Shown here one piece after another: positions 14,385 to 27,659 of a stretch of 64,000 bases of DNA. This stretch comes from Enoplolaimus lenunculus. Lineage: Eukaryota. The stretch's first letter is position 1. Each line of letters opens with the position of its first letter. Where the stretch lies: NCBI GenBank assembly GCA_030248215.1, contig JASANG010000864.1:310001-374000 (forward strand), given 5' to 3'. The translations under genes and the position numbers were made by a program. The notes below the pieces were generated by a model. That model had not been told where the DNA came from and did no database searches. It saw nothing but the letters and a program-made list of their open reading frames with translations.

Positions 14385-15467
14385 GGAATCAGGATATTGA
14401 CAATTGGGCCATCTGGTTTATTTCAACAGTTTATACCTAAAAATGTTGAAAACTGCCTTTCTTGTTTTATGTTTCATTTTTGGTCTTGTATTATCACGAC
14501 GCGGACATGTTAGTGCCTATGGCGTAAATTTTTTCGACACAAATTTCTAAGTTACTGTAATTAAAATTGTTGATCTAGAATATAACATAACAGGTGAAGA
14601 ATTTATAATACTTTTACGCTCGAATCAACTACTTCAACCAGTGTACAAATTGAGATCCTATAGCGGGCGTTAATAGTCGGGTACTGTTCCGTTAAAAAAT
14701 TCTGTATCCGGTATGTGGTGAATCCATGACCGGTTGCATCCTGGAGTGTAAATAAAGAGTAAGCTAGGTATTTTAACGAGTGCTGATTGTTCCTCTGCGT
14801 TTGAGTACAGTGATTAAAATGTTTCTAGTTAAGGCTTTGAAGATGTTGGCTTAGGTGAAATTTTTATTAAATGATTGAAATGTATTTAGCAGCATAAGAG
14901 TATAACATCAAGTATACTACTTAACGGGTTCATTTCAACCGAACTTTAAACTACTAGGGGTCAAACACAGTGCCGTCGGTTCTCCGTCTTGCTCTGTGCT
15001 GTAACCACAGTAGAGTTTGGATAAAACGACTTCAGAATCACGGTTAAGACGAGAAAAATCGAAAAATTGTTTTTCTCGGGCCAATTGAAAACGTTCAAAT
15101 TCTACTAATTCATACGATATGAATATAGGATACGTTTAAAATTATTAAAGCTGATTTTGGAAGAGAAGAGTAGAAGGATAATGTGGCAGAAATGTCCACA
15201 GTATAATTACGGTGTTAGTGTATTCTTAAGGGACCTCTTGAGTTGTCGGTACACGGAAACGTTTGTTTGCTGTACATTCCATTGTATGGCCAGAAACCGA
15301 TTTTGTAAATAGAATAGAGCCAGCTATTGACCGGCACATATTTATGATATATCCAAGTTAAACTAAATCAGTTTCAAAGTTAAAAACCTCCACAAAAAGC
15401 TATTAAAGTCACAATTGAAGGACAGCGTATATTACTGTTATTTAAAGATCGCGGGCAATAGAGTTTT

Positions 15468-15666
15468 GGCCAATGTTGTTACTTTAATGGGCGTAACAGT
15501 AGATTAAGCATATTAATAAGCCTAAGACTAAGCCTAAGCGTTGCAAAAACGGATTCCTAAGTCTAAGCCTAAGCCTAAGCCTTAGCAAAAAATGTAATAT
15601 AGAATCTAATCGTTCACTTTTATAGACCCACCAGAAACCTGAACGCACCTTAAAGTAACATGGGCC
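15468..15666. mobile_element. Merlin-like telomere-repeat MITE
   Basis: Same TIRs; perfect 8-bp TSD AGAGTTTT. Confidence 0.85.
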
Positions 15667-16212
15667 AGAGTTTTTGTGGTCGGATGAAAAGTTTGGACCA
15701 TTATATAGACGTCATAACGCTATAGGGAAAATGATGCGATAAATTTTATCTGTGAAATGCCGACGTTGTTAGAATGCAGTTGAAACCGTTGTATGTCGTT
15801 ATGTGTAAACCCAAGCCTTTGATTAGGGTCCACAATAATGCCAAGTTTCAACTTACTTTTGGCAACTTGGCGGTAAATAGGAAATGTAAGAAAAGAAAAT
15901 TTATTAGAAATACTTATATATGTGTGTGTATTTTTGTGTGGATATACGATTGTTTGGTGGTATCCTAAAGCGTAAATCAGTCTAGTAAACCAATACGAAA
16001 CTGAGCTAGATCTCGAATATGTTTAAAATTTAACTTTACGCCAGGAGGAGGCGGACTTGTCAGCCTACATCCACCCCCCGAAATGCTTTTTTGACAACTG
16101 AAATTGTGCTGGAAAAATTAAATAATGCCCACTTGAAAAGCGCGCTTGGATTTATTAATAGGCATTAGGATACTGTTGGATGATAAGTTGTCGGGCGTCG
16201 TAAACATTTCAG

Positions 16213-16299
16213 AGCCAATGAATGAATTGCATCATCATCCGGTGTTCACCAAAGATACATCCCGGTACTGGTACAGGCCAACGATTTCTCGAGAAAACG
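16213..16299 (+). CDS. tns-1: Tensin exon, start of SH2 ([27 protein letters not shown])
   Basis: TTTCAG acceptor at 16207-16212, GTACGC donor at 16300, in-frame ATG at 16218. Confidence 0.88.
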
Positions 16300-17550
16300 G
16301 TACGCGACATTTTGAGATCAAAAAGATTTACAGGCGTAAAGTATAGAGCAAACCTAAGGCTTTTCATGTTACCGAAAACTTTTCATCTGAAATCTTCAAA
16401 ATTTGTAAATTACAGTTTCACAAGTTGAACTGAACGATTTAGTTATTAATGGAGTTCAACGTGGCTTGAAAAATGAGTCAATTCGAGTTAGTTTTGTCGC
16501 TATCTGATGACCAGTTCCAGAGTTCATTCCACTACTTGCACTCACTCCGGTCACCATAACATGCGCTAAAATTAACTTGAATAGACTCATTGTTTTGTAT
16601 TTAGAACTGAAAATTTTCCAGTATCTCTAAAAATTATTTTTTTTCAAAAATATGACAGTTTGATTTTAGCGATTTTGATACTGTCGGATAAGCCTCCCGG
16701 AAGTTTTATCATTCGTGATAGCAATTCGTATCCCGGTGCGTACGGTCTTGCGCTCAAAGTTGCTCATCCTCCGCCAGGAGTACGTATCACTACAGGTAAT
16801 AAGTCTTTTGTGATTTAATGCCGTTTATGCTTATAAGGGGCGTAGCTAGGATTTGGTTGCTGAAGGATATAAACATCAGTTAAGGATTCTAACAAATCAA
16901 GGTAGCGAACGAAATTTTTTACTTCTCTAATGTGATGGTTTATTTTTTCTCAAACCTATAAAACGGACCCGTAGCCAGACGCAAGCCTGGGGGCTCAGCA
17001 TTCCTGGAAGAATTTAGCCTACGCCAGAAAATTTTCAGCGTTGCTTGCAAGTCATCGAAAACCCGTGTATGTATGACCCTTCAGAAAAATAGCCCCCCCT
17101 AGCAAGGTGAGTGACTACGGTCGTGCTATAAAAGCGACTGTTTTTCATTATATCTTAAGCTTCAAGCTCGTAAAAGATGTTAATGAACACAGCAAGCGAG
17201 AAAATTTTTTTAACCACTGACGACGCAGTGGGTCGTTTTCAGAAGGCCGCGAATGTGAACGTATTTTCATTATATCTTGAGTAATAGTGCAGTGTTCAAA
17301 GTGTGTTTTGTTCTTCAGATGACGGCAGCGAACTTGTGCGGCATTTTCTGATCGAATCAACTCCAAAGGGTGTCAAACTCAAAGGCTGTAACAACGAGCC
17401 TGAGTTTGGTGAGTTGAAAATCGCCGTTTCTTTTGCCCATATCCAACGGGCCACGGATGCGTTTGAGGAAAGTTGGACAAGAACTTATTTAGCGGAACAT
17501 GATATTTTAGGGGCACATTATTTCATTCACTTCTCCCGTCAGAGAAATGA

Positions 17551-17597
<47 letters not shown>

Positions 17598-20500
17598 TAA
17601 AGATGTGCAAGAAAAAATGAGGCAGCGGTTGAAAAACATATTTGCTAAATGAGTAGTGTGAAACCCATGAGGAAATAATATAGCTTTTTGTGTAAAAGTA
17701 TGTTCTTATCTACATTTTCTTCATAGATATGAATTGTTAAACTTTTTCACAAAAAATTCTTCAGATTCCAATCGTAGGACCTTGGGACTTTAAAAAATAG
17801 AATATTTCAAAAATACAAATTTGGCCGTGGAATGATCAGGGGAGGCCAAGAGAAGCTCAAATATGCCAAAATTTTCAAAATCCGACCACTTTTGGGCAAA
17901 CGCGCGCTGGGGGAGGGGATAACCGAAAAGACCCGTTGTCGTTTTGCTCATCGCTAGTTTGTGCTAATTATTATGTAGTTTTAAACCGTATAATCAAATG
18001 CTCAGATTTTTTATGGAATTCCAACGTTTATGTAACGCAGTTGATTGCAGCATACTTCGTTGTACGCCATCACTAAACTGATAACTGTAGCAGTTATAAT
18101 AGAGTCAAATTGATGAAGGTCAACCAGTTGTGTCGGCCCATGTTACTTTAAGGGGCGTCCAGGTTTTTGGTGGGTCTATAAAACAGTAGGTTTAGAGTCT
18201 AGATTGTATTTTTTACTTAGGCCTAGGCTTAGGAATACATTTTTGCAACGCTTAGGCTTAGTCTTAGGAACACATTTTAGCAACGCTTAGGCTTAAGCTT
18301 AGGCTTAGGAACACATTTTTGCAACGCTTAGGCTTAGGCTTAGGAACACGTTTTTGCAACGCTTAGGCTTAGGCGTATGATTAGGCTTAGGAATACGCTT
18401 AATCGACTGTTACACTCCTTTATTGGCCATTGTGTCTATGAATAAAAAATGTTTTAGTTAACACTGAAATAATTTTAGTTTGTGAGTTCGTATTTTAACA
18501 TTATTTACAGTTTTTGTTTTAGGCAGTTTAGCAGCTCTGGTATACCAGCATTCCATTACGCCGCTCGCGTTGCCTTGTAAGCTTCTAATGGTCGAGTACG
18601 GTGAGTATTAATATTAGTTGAACGAGCCAATGTTACTTTAAGAGGCGTAACAGTAGATTAAAGCGTATTCCAAAGCTTAAGCCTAAGCCTCAGCGTTGCA
18701 AAAATGAATTCCTAAGCGTAAGCCTAAGCGTTGCAAAAACGAATTCCTAAGCCAAAGCTTAAGCCTAAACATTGCAAAAATGAATTCCTAAGCGTAAGCC
18801 TAAGCGTTGCAAAAACGAATTCCTAAGCCAAAGCTTAAGCCTAAACATTGCAAAAATGAATTCCTAAGCGTAAGCCTAAGCGTTGCAAAAATGAATTCCT
18901 AAGCGTAAGCCTAAGCGTTGCAAAAATGAATTCCTAAGCGTAAGCCTAAGCGTTGCAAAAATGAATTCCTAAGAATAAGCCTAAGCCTAAGCGTTGCAAA
19001 AATGAATTCCTAAGCGTAAGCCTAAGCGTTGCAGAAATGAATTCCTAAGCCTAAGCCTAAGCATTGCAAAAATGAATTCCTAAGCCTCAGCCTAAGCGTT
19101 GCAAAAGCGTATTTTAAAGCCTAAGCCTAAGCCTAAGCGTTGCAAAAGCGTATTTTAAAGCCTAAGCCTAAGCCTAAGCGTTGCAAAAATGAATTCCTAT
19201 GCCTAAGCCTAAGCGTTGCAAAAGTGTATTTCAAAGTTAAGCTTAAGTCTAAACTTGCAAAAATGAATTCCTAAGCCTAAGCCTAAGCGTTGCAAAAATG
19301 AATTCCTAAGCCTAAGCCTAAGCGTTGCAAAAATGAATTCCTAAGCCTAAGCCTAAGCGTTGCAAAAGCGTTTTTCAAAGCGTAAGCTTAAGCCTAAGCG
19401 TTGCAAAAATGAACTCCTAAGCCTAAGCCTAAGCGTTGCAAAAATGAATTCCTATGCCTAAGCCTAAACCTAAGCAAAAAATGTACTTCAGAGTCTAAAC
19501 CTACGATTTTATAGACCCACCAGAATCCTATACGCCCCTTAAAGTAACATCGGCCGTTGAATGAATGAAGTCTTTCGCGTCATGTTTTAATGTGAGATTA
19601 TGTATTTTGATCTGATGTTTTTCAGTCGAAGGTGTTTTTAATTGAAAAGCACGTCGTGTAGTATTTTACGTCTGCAGATAATTAGAGCAAATGTAAACCT
19701 ATGACGATTGGTACCTGGTTTGAGTTTGGATTGACGGCGGTGAGGATTTGGTGATTTGGTTTGATACCCACGGAAGCTTGGTGGGATGCTTCACCGCGAA
19801 CCAATTTTATTGCCTCATGATTTTGCTTGTCTTCTTAATATTCGCATTGATCGACAGACCTGCGAAACGCTTTAGCTTAAGTTTACGTTTATGTGCGGTT
19901 AACTTTGATTCGAAGTGTTCGATAAACGATCACTTCGGACTTCAATTAAATTAATTAAGGCAATAAGTTTTATTGCAAGATATATAATTTTAATTTACTC
20001 TTACCTGACACTTTATTATCATGGCTGGTATTTTTAGAAAATGGGTCCGTTTCCGACGCCTACGATAAACTTAGCTCAGTCGCAGCGTTGTTAGAACGAG
20101 GCGCAGGTAATGCAACGCCGCAAGATTTTAATTTTGGTCATATTTGAGTACCGCTGTAAAAAACCCATTCAAATACAACTATTAGTTCCGAATAGAGTTT
20201 GACTGAAAGTCTATAAGAAAATAGAAGAGAGTATTGATGATAATTTGAAATACTTGAAGTAGACTGTAATAATTTTGATAATTTCATGTAGCTTGCGTAA
20301 TATGTCTTTCACACTGTGGTAAATTGACACGGCAAGTGTCTCTAAATGTCCTACCCAAATTGCATAACTTCAGAGGCCCGTAGCCAGCTGACCTTGCTAG
20401 GGGGGCTGCAACTTTTTCAGGAGGGACATTCATGTGTTCTTTAAAGAGTTATAAGCAGGGTACATGCACCATTTCTAAATTCATTATCGTGATTGTTATA

Positions 20501-21666
20501 CACACCAGTTTAATTACAATAATCAACCGTTGTTTTTCGTGGTATTTATATACGTTGCTTTGGCACATGGCCCTAGTAAGATATTAGGTTCTAGATCATT
20601 GTTGACTTAGTTAGCATTATCATAAGTAATATTTGCTATATTATTGTAAGCAAGTATGGCTAATGTATGGAATAGAGCCGTAACAATAGTATAAGCATAT
20701 TCCTAAGCCAAAGCCAAAACATAAACGTAAGAATAAGCTTAACCTATGGTTAAGTTTGCTCTATTCCAGTCCTGCAAAAAAACGTTCCGTTTCTGATCTT
20801 TACATGGGCCACAAGTACATTCATACAAGACACCACTTTAGCCTATCGTTATTTTGTTATTTTTAGCGTGCAACGTGATTATGCTACATTCAAGTGACAC
20901 TGAATCTCTGACTGGACCTCAGGCAATTCGTAAAACGGTCGACGAAGCACTTCGGCTGGCGAGCATCGGTTCGCTGCAACCGCTAAATGTTCATTTCAAA
21001 GTGTCCGCCACCGGTATTACACTGACAGACCAAACCCGGAAACGATTTTTCCGGAATCATTACGCCACTGCAGCCATACGCCATTGCGATGTCGATCCTG
21101 AAGACCGAAAGTGAGTTTGGTTACTTTAGTGCCGTTTTAATGCTATATCCGGTCAGCAGAAATTTAGTGCCGTTTTAATGCTATATCCGGTCAGCAGAAA
21201 ACAACTGCTGTATGAGAATGGAAAAACGAAACGTAAACAAATCAATGCACGGATAGGAATCACCGTTTCAGTAGCATTTGATTAAGGGGCTTCGGTGTAA
21301 ATATATGGATTTATGCGAGGTTATCGTCAGTAATCATCAATATTTTCGATGATTATAGCCAGACGCGCTAGAACACAACTGCATAATTAAACTACGTGGA
21401 GACGATAAAACACTGCTCAGCGCTCTGGGTGTGTTTTTAGATGGGCAATTCGAACACAAGAAGACAGATTCGGTCTCGGAGGAATTAGCGGAAGTGGACG
21501 TGGTCGCGTTCATGAGCTTGCGGTAACGATATTCGGATTTGTCGCCCGGAAAACCGTTGGCCAGTCGGACAACACATGCCATGTGTTTTGTGAAACAGAT
21601 CCAGACCAACCGGCGAGGGCTATTGTCGATTTTGTGACCAAAGTGTTGATGAAAAATGGTGCGTGA
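16213..21666 (+). CDS. tns-1: Tensin-family protein, SH2 + PTB region (7 exons; upstream exons not resolved)
   Basis: Exons 16213-16299, 16670-16795, 17319-17408, 18523-18600, 20038-20106, 20867-21110 and 21441-21666 join in frame across GT-AG introns. The translation carries tensin signatures: [109 protein letters not shown], then TGA. Confidence 0.93.
16670..16795 (+). CDS. tns-1: Tensin exon, SH2 core ([37 protein letters not shown])
   Basis: TTTTAG acceptor, GTAATA donor, FLVR-like FIIRDS motif. Confidence 0.93.
17319..17408 (+). CDS. tns-1: Tensin exon ([30 protein letters not shown])
   Basis: CTTCAG acceptor, GTGAGT donor, tensin SH2 motif. Confidence 0.93.
17551..17598. repeat. (CTTT)n microsatellite
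   Basis: Direct observation. Confidence 0.95.
18135..18428. mobile_element. Merlin-like telomere-repeat MITE (opposite orientation)
   Basis: GGCCCATGTTAC...ATTGGCC; TSD GTTGTGTC/ATTGTGTC. Confidence 0.85.
18523..18600 (+). CDS. tns-1: Tensin exon, end of SH2 ([26 protein letters not shown])
   Basis: TTTTAG acceptor, GTGAGT donor, conserved tensin motif. Confidence 0.93.
18625..19555. mobile_element. Merlin-like MITE with expanded ~29-35-bp telomere-derived minisatellite
   Basis: TIRs as above; TSD GTTGAACG/GTTGAATG; interior of about 800 bp of (CCTAAG)2-3 CGTTGCAAAAATGAATT units. Confidence 0.88.
20038..20106 (+). CDS. tns-1: Tensin exon, SH2-PTB linker ([23 protein letters not shown])
   Basis: TTTTAG acceptor and GTAATG donor. 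Phase is consistent, and the junction gives LLERGAACNV, like the tensin LLxQGAACNV motif. Confidence 0.85.
20658..20810. mobile_element. Telomere-repeat MITE, second subfamily
   Basis: Ends GATCTTTACATGGGCC; degenerate TSD GCAAGTAT/ACAAGTAC. Confidence 0.65.
20867..21110 (+). CDS. tns-1: Tensin exon, PTB N-half
   Basis: [21 protein letters not shown]...[33 protein letters not shown] boundaries. Confidence 0.93.
21441..21666 (+). CDS. tns-1: Tensin last coding exon, PTB C-half
   Basis: TTTTAG acceptor; W...[45 protein letters not shown] followed by TGA. Confidence 0.92.
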
Positions 21667-24600
21667 GCGACGAGTATGCGTGGGAATTTTCTCACGCTCT
21701 GTTTGGCGCATCTGGCAGTTGTATGGTCTTGCTAAATGGACAGTTGTAATTTAGCGATTATGGGTGGGAATTTTCTCATAGTGTGTCTAGCGCATCCGGC
21801 TATTGATGTGTTCGTGGTCAATGGACAGTTGTAGTTGTACATACGCGTGTACTACGTAATCTACTGTATTCAATAAGTCATCGGCTTTTGTACAAACTAG
21901 TCAGATGCGAGCTGTTGTTGGCAGCGGCATGTTTTGTGACATTTGTTGAGCTGAACAGTTTACACAAGTTCTTGACCGGGAGAGGTTCCGGCTTGATGGT
22001 TTAGACCAAGCAGTTCATGAATAAAGAAACGTTTTAAAAATGTTACAGAGGGATTTAACACTGAACCAATGTATAGCTTTCCACTCGCTTCGCTCGCGAA
22101 TTCTTCGAAACTCACCCTAATCCTGGCAACGAGCTTTCACACATTATGTTTTAACTCCAAGACAAAAATATGCCCAAAAAGGCGGCTCCATAATAAAGTT
22201 TTGTACCTGAATTAAAGGTATTAGCGTGTACCTTTTCGGTTCGCTCGCGATATTTTCTTCAAATCGTGTTCACATAACGAATAATTGGCTCTAGCCCAGT
22301 TACCCAGCCTGCTAAAAATCTAGGAGACCTAAAAGAGAACTCTAAAATTGGTCTCAGAGCCGAGTATGAAAGCATGACCAATCTCATATATGCCGCCAAA
22401 AAATTGGATGGGTCACTGCTAAAGGGTTATAAAATTCATTTTCAGGCGGAAACCCAAAACAGGGGCCTAGCATGACGTGGCCTCCCAATCCAAATTTCCC
22501 GGTACGCCACTGGTTCACAATATGGTACTTTACAGCTTTGATGGAAGAAACTAGTGGGAAACTTTGGTGTTATATGGGGTGGTTTAGGGCGAGGGACAGA
22601 TTACGCCACCACTTGGGAGAGGCCACCCCATATGGAGTAAACAATTTGATGACTAAAAATGGCCCCATGTATATCTTAAAGTCGTACCAGCTTCCGCGGG
22701 GGTTATTCTGCTAGTCTCAAAGGTATTTGCGTAAACCAGCTACAGCGACGTTAAACAGTAATGAATGAATGCGTGCTTGATATTTATTTGTTTTTATTTA
22801 ACGGGTCAATAAAAATGATTGTTTAATATTTATGTTGCTTCATAGCAATTGGATATCTGGTTCCCACATGTGTATTTCTTGAAGAAAATTAACCTAAACA
22901 TGTGTGTATACAAGGGTGATAGAGGGGATTATCACCCAAATATCGGAAAGGACACGAAAAAACCATTTACAGGCTGTAGAATATATCTGCCGATGTCAAA
23001 ATTGTGATTTTTATAACCTCTGGAAATGAAATCCTGGTTAAGGCTGTGCACCTAAGTGCATTTTTCCCAACAAAAGTAATCTATTACATTTATCTTCAAT
23101 CATAATCCACACACGAAGCGTTCCTCCCCCGGTAAAACAAAAGTCCCGAATTTAAATATATATAATCCAACCGTGGTGGCAATCAAAGGCGTAGCCGAGA
23201 GGTTTCACGTAAACGTTACGGGTATGCTCATTCGTAAAAATGAAGTGTTGATACATCCGAGAGTTGTCAACGGCAATTACCTTGTAAAGACTATCAGGAG
23301 CGTAGTGACAGGGGGGCCGGCCTCCCACTCCAATCGGAATAAGTATAGCGTCATAACTTACTTACATCAGATACAAAAATTTCTTACGTAGCTCGAAAAA
23401 GATGGTAATAAAAATGTGCGAAGGTTCACAATTACATAAACTCTAAACCAGGAAAGGTTCTGTTTGGTGGTTTAGACCTTGCGCTTTATGAATAATCTGT
23501 TTGGAGACTGTTACAGAGGGATTTACCTACAAAAACAATATATAGCTTCTCGCTCACTTCGCTCGCGTATTCGACACAGCTCAGTCTAATTTTGGCTTCG
23601 AGCCTTAGCTCACTCTGTTTCGACTGTAAGTGCCTCTGTCTCCCGCAAAGGCTTCAAACTGAAGTTCTGTACTGGAGTAAGACAATATAAAACCGGACAC
23701 GAGCCTGACCCCAATCAAAATTTCTCGGTATGCCACTGGATTGAACCAAAAGTAAAAACCAAACGCACCGGTCGGTACAATTTTTGTAAACTGTGGAAAA
23801 TTTTGCTTCTGAAATTGCAGGAACCTTCAGCAGAAATTCTACATGTGCTGCTCCCAAGATACAAACAAGAACATTACCACAACTGTAACTCCAGTTGTAT
23901 ATACTTTAGTACAGGCAGAAGTATTCTATCGGCTGCGGCAGAAAATCGGCCTACAGCTCCGTTTCGGCAATTTCGTTAACAAAATTTTTTGAAAATCTAT
24001 CAGTTTGACCAAAATTTTAACTGGAGATTTTTGTTAGTTTTATTGAATCCAAATCTTTTATAACCTAATTGGCTATGTTACAATAAACGTCGTCCCATTT
24101 TTCGTTGACCTCCGGCTCAGGTATTTTTCACCTCCGGTTGCACCCTGGGACTCCTGTTTACATATGCATAGCCAAAAACATAGATAAAATGGAAAGCGTG
24201 TCTGCGCCCTCCCCGTCTTCATTACGCACCAGCAGGATGCAACGTGTGAAAAATGCCCGAACCGGAGGTCAACGAAACTTGCCGGACCCGGAGGTGAGGC
24301 GAAATTAGGTAGTAAAAATAATGGTTAGTTAATTTTAGCCAATATCGTCAATATGTTGTTAAGTTGTTTCGTTTTACGCTAATTTCATGGCGAAATTTCG
24401 GAAATTCTTTCCTGAAAATTCTGAGAAAAGTAATAGGATACGCGCTAAACAGATAAATTTTGCAAAATTTTACTACCGAAATTGCCGGAACTTCCGGCAA
24501 AAGTTCTACCGAAGCCGGATGCCGATTTTCTGCTGGAGCCGGAGGCAGACTTCCGGTTGTACCCTGGACACCAGGGTGCAACTAGAGGTGAAAAATACCA

Positions 24601-27600
24601 GAGCCCGAGGGGAGGTGAAATTCGGTGTTAAAAAGTTTCACATTACGGGAGCCAAGTCCATTTTCTGTCGGAGCCACAGGTAGATTTTCTGCCTGAACCG
24701 AAAGCAGACCTCCGCTTATACCGTGCTATAAGCACGTATCAGTTAGGCCCATGTACAAAGCAAACTTTTTCGACTATTTTTTGGTTGGAAAAACTACCAG
24801 AAAATCGTATGCAGCGTTCACACTCCTCTTTCAACTCAGAAATCATTGAACATAATAAGCATTTTACTTCATTCTATCGAATGAAAACAAGCAAAAAACA
24901 TGCAAGGCATGCTAAAATGTATATACACTTTGGAGCAAAAAGCAACGGATGAAGATGAACACAACTAGAATGATATTGATAGTTGATTTATATGTCAAAT
25001 TATGACCTAAAACCACCGGAATTTTTATAATTTAACATTCTCACAAACACTGCGTTAAGGATACAAAATCAAATTTTCGATGACAGCTAAAACAAACCTA
25101 ACCGACTCTATTATCAAGCAGAATTTCAATCATAACTTCGCACCGGCTTGGGCATTCAAATTTATTAAAATTATCTTCACGGCTGAATGCCCTACCCGTC
25201 ATACCACAGTATTTTTTACGATATTACAACATGCAGTACAGAACACACATTTTAAAATCAATTAGAAACTTATCTGCTTTGATATCCTATTAGGTATTAA
25301 ACCAATCTTGCTTTAATACTGACCGAAAACCCACGATCAAGCACCAAATTTCGTTATCAGTTGAAAAAAGCCAACACACTATGTTTTTCTGTTCCTTACC
25401 TGTCAGGCTTGAAAAACTGGTGACAAAGCGCAGAGATGAAAGCGAAACGTCACATATTTACCTCAAAAGTAAATAAGTTGAAATTTTTTTCCGCAAATTA
25501 AATATAGGTATATTTATAATTTGATCCTTCGAATTTTTTGGGTCCACCAGTGCCAGTTGCTAATTCAGTTTATGAAACGTGGTTTACAGAAAAATAAGTG
25601 TTAGCGCACGCTGCAATTTACACCTGAAACAGTGAAACATTATCATATAAACATATATAGGAACATACATATACGTTTAACATATATATCAACAAACAAA
25701 ACACAACCAAGTGTATTTTAATGCGTATGTAAGATAAATCCGCCGCCAATACCATTATATATAGCCGTCAAGGTTGCAATAGGAACTAAATTTTAATTGG
25801 AACTGGAATCCAATTTTTATAGACATTCCATTGGAACTTTCATCACCATCATCATTCACCTTAGACAAGCTATTGGCAGTTTGGCAAAAGTTACCGATTT
25901 AGATCGCGCTAAGTACCTGCTATTTACTACGGCGAACACTGTAAATTGCAAAATTTTCATAAATCATTTACCGTTACTTCAATGGTTACTGTTGCACTGT
26001 TGCGGCTACAGTATACAGTCGTAGCCAGCACACCATTTTCGCCATATCGCTAATATAAAACTAGCCATCACAACACCAACAATCACTTTTTAAGTGAACT
26101 TATGGGAAACGTTTTGATTTACCAAGAGTAACCTGTAAACCAATCAGGCGCCGTTGCTGCCGTGACTAGCACAAGACATTATGACAATTGATGCGGTGGC
26201 TAACTATAATAGCGATAGCTAAATTGGTACGGTGGCTACGCCTTATATCCAATCGTTCCAGGTCGTGAAACCTTGCAAGCGAACCTGATGACCGTATTCC
26301 AAAACGGCAATACCGTCGTCTATTACCAGCTAATGACAAGCACGCATTCAAACAAGCATGAAATTAAAGCTTTAATTTTAAAATTCAATCCACTTACGTA
26401 ACTATGACTGATGCATAAACATGGCACTGGAAGATAGAAAGACGTGCACCCCTGATGCGGTTACCACCTGTTTCCACTGAGCTGCCGCAATATAAAATAA
26501 CATACCAGGGCCAAAATCTAAACAGAGACGGTATTTTTCAAAATCAATACAAATAATAACCGAATCAGATATCATATACATTCTTTGATGATGAATCGAA
26601 TTAGTTCAACTTATGTTGCCCAATCAGTTTTGGACACGTTCCTGTACCGCCGATAACCTACGTATGTTAAAATACAAAGAAATACCATATATACTAGTAA
26701 ACAGACCTGCTGTATTAGGCACAGAAAGCAAAACTCCGATAAGCATATACTGTAGTGACCCGAATAAGAGGGGTTCCCATTTTGTGCCCCAATCAATTGA
26801 AGTCCGTATCCCTAATAAGGGACCATAAATGTCAATTATCTCTAATTGTAGTGCATAAATGACTCCAGGACCAAATAACGTTGAGTTCGAAAGGTTAAAA
26901 CTTTAGTTTTGAAAGTACATTCCTAATTATAACCTTGCTTATCACTAAGCTGTTAATACAAGACAAATAAACGTTTAATTGGATAGTTGCTATACTGGAT
27001 ATATATCAGTAACGAAGGGCGGTGGAGGGCGGGTTAAAAATAAATAACAGTCCGTAGCCGAATAACATGGGGGTTCCCTCTGGAGATGCCAAATAAATAT
27101 CAGTCCCCCCTTTTTATTCGGTCACCACAGTAAACTAACAGACCTGTGTTAAAGACCATCACGCTAAACATAACATTTACATACGTAATGTATTTTACAT
27201 TTCAGTTACAAATTTCATATATCATCGAAAACATGACTAAGTAAACGATCAACTAAAATCTTAAGTGAAAGGGTTTCAGTCTACAATTCCTTACCCCACC
27301 CAAGTCTCAAACTTACTGCAGCTCGTATTTGAAAATGATTAATCTACGTTTCACGAAATCCAGACGCACAACCAGGAACTGTTGTTAGCAGTAGAGACAA
27401 GTAAAAGTTTCGTAACACAGAATTCAATTAATTCAGTGAAAACAATTCCTGCCAGGGGAAGCGAGAATGGTTGTGATAGGTGCCCCTTCGCCCTCAGTAG
27501 TTTTTGAAACCTATTTTGTAATCACTTCACTGAACTCAGTGTTCACACCTGCAACCTTACTTGCTTTTCTTTTAAAATTCTATTGTGAAAAATTTATTAT

Positions 27601-27659
27601 GTAAACCAACTACTTACAGCTGTAGCCATAATGGTCAACAATTTCAAATTTAAAATTGG

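Noticed and set aside
120..16200. Short ORFs of 60-160 aa in the first 16 kb
   Set aside because: Many overlap MITEs or low-complexity DNA, and none shows recognisable motifs or a consistent splice structure.
18660..19475. True telomere or chromosome fusion scar
   Set aside because: The repeats are interrupted by fixed spacers and bounded by TIRs and a TSD inside an intron.
26270..26320. Hammerhead ribozyme at CTGATGA-CCGT...ACGG
   Set aside because: The stem is followed by CAAT rather than the required GAAA; no canonical hammerhead core was found in the TRIM either.
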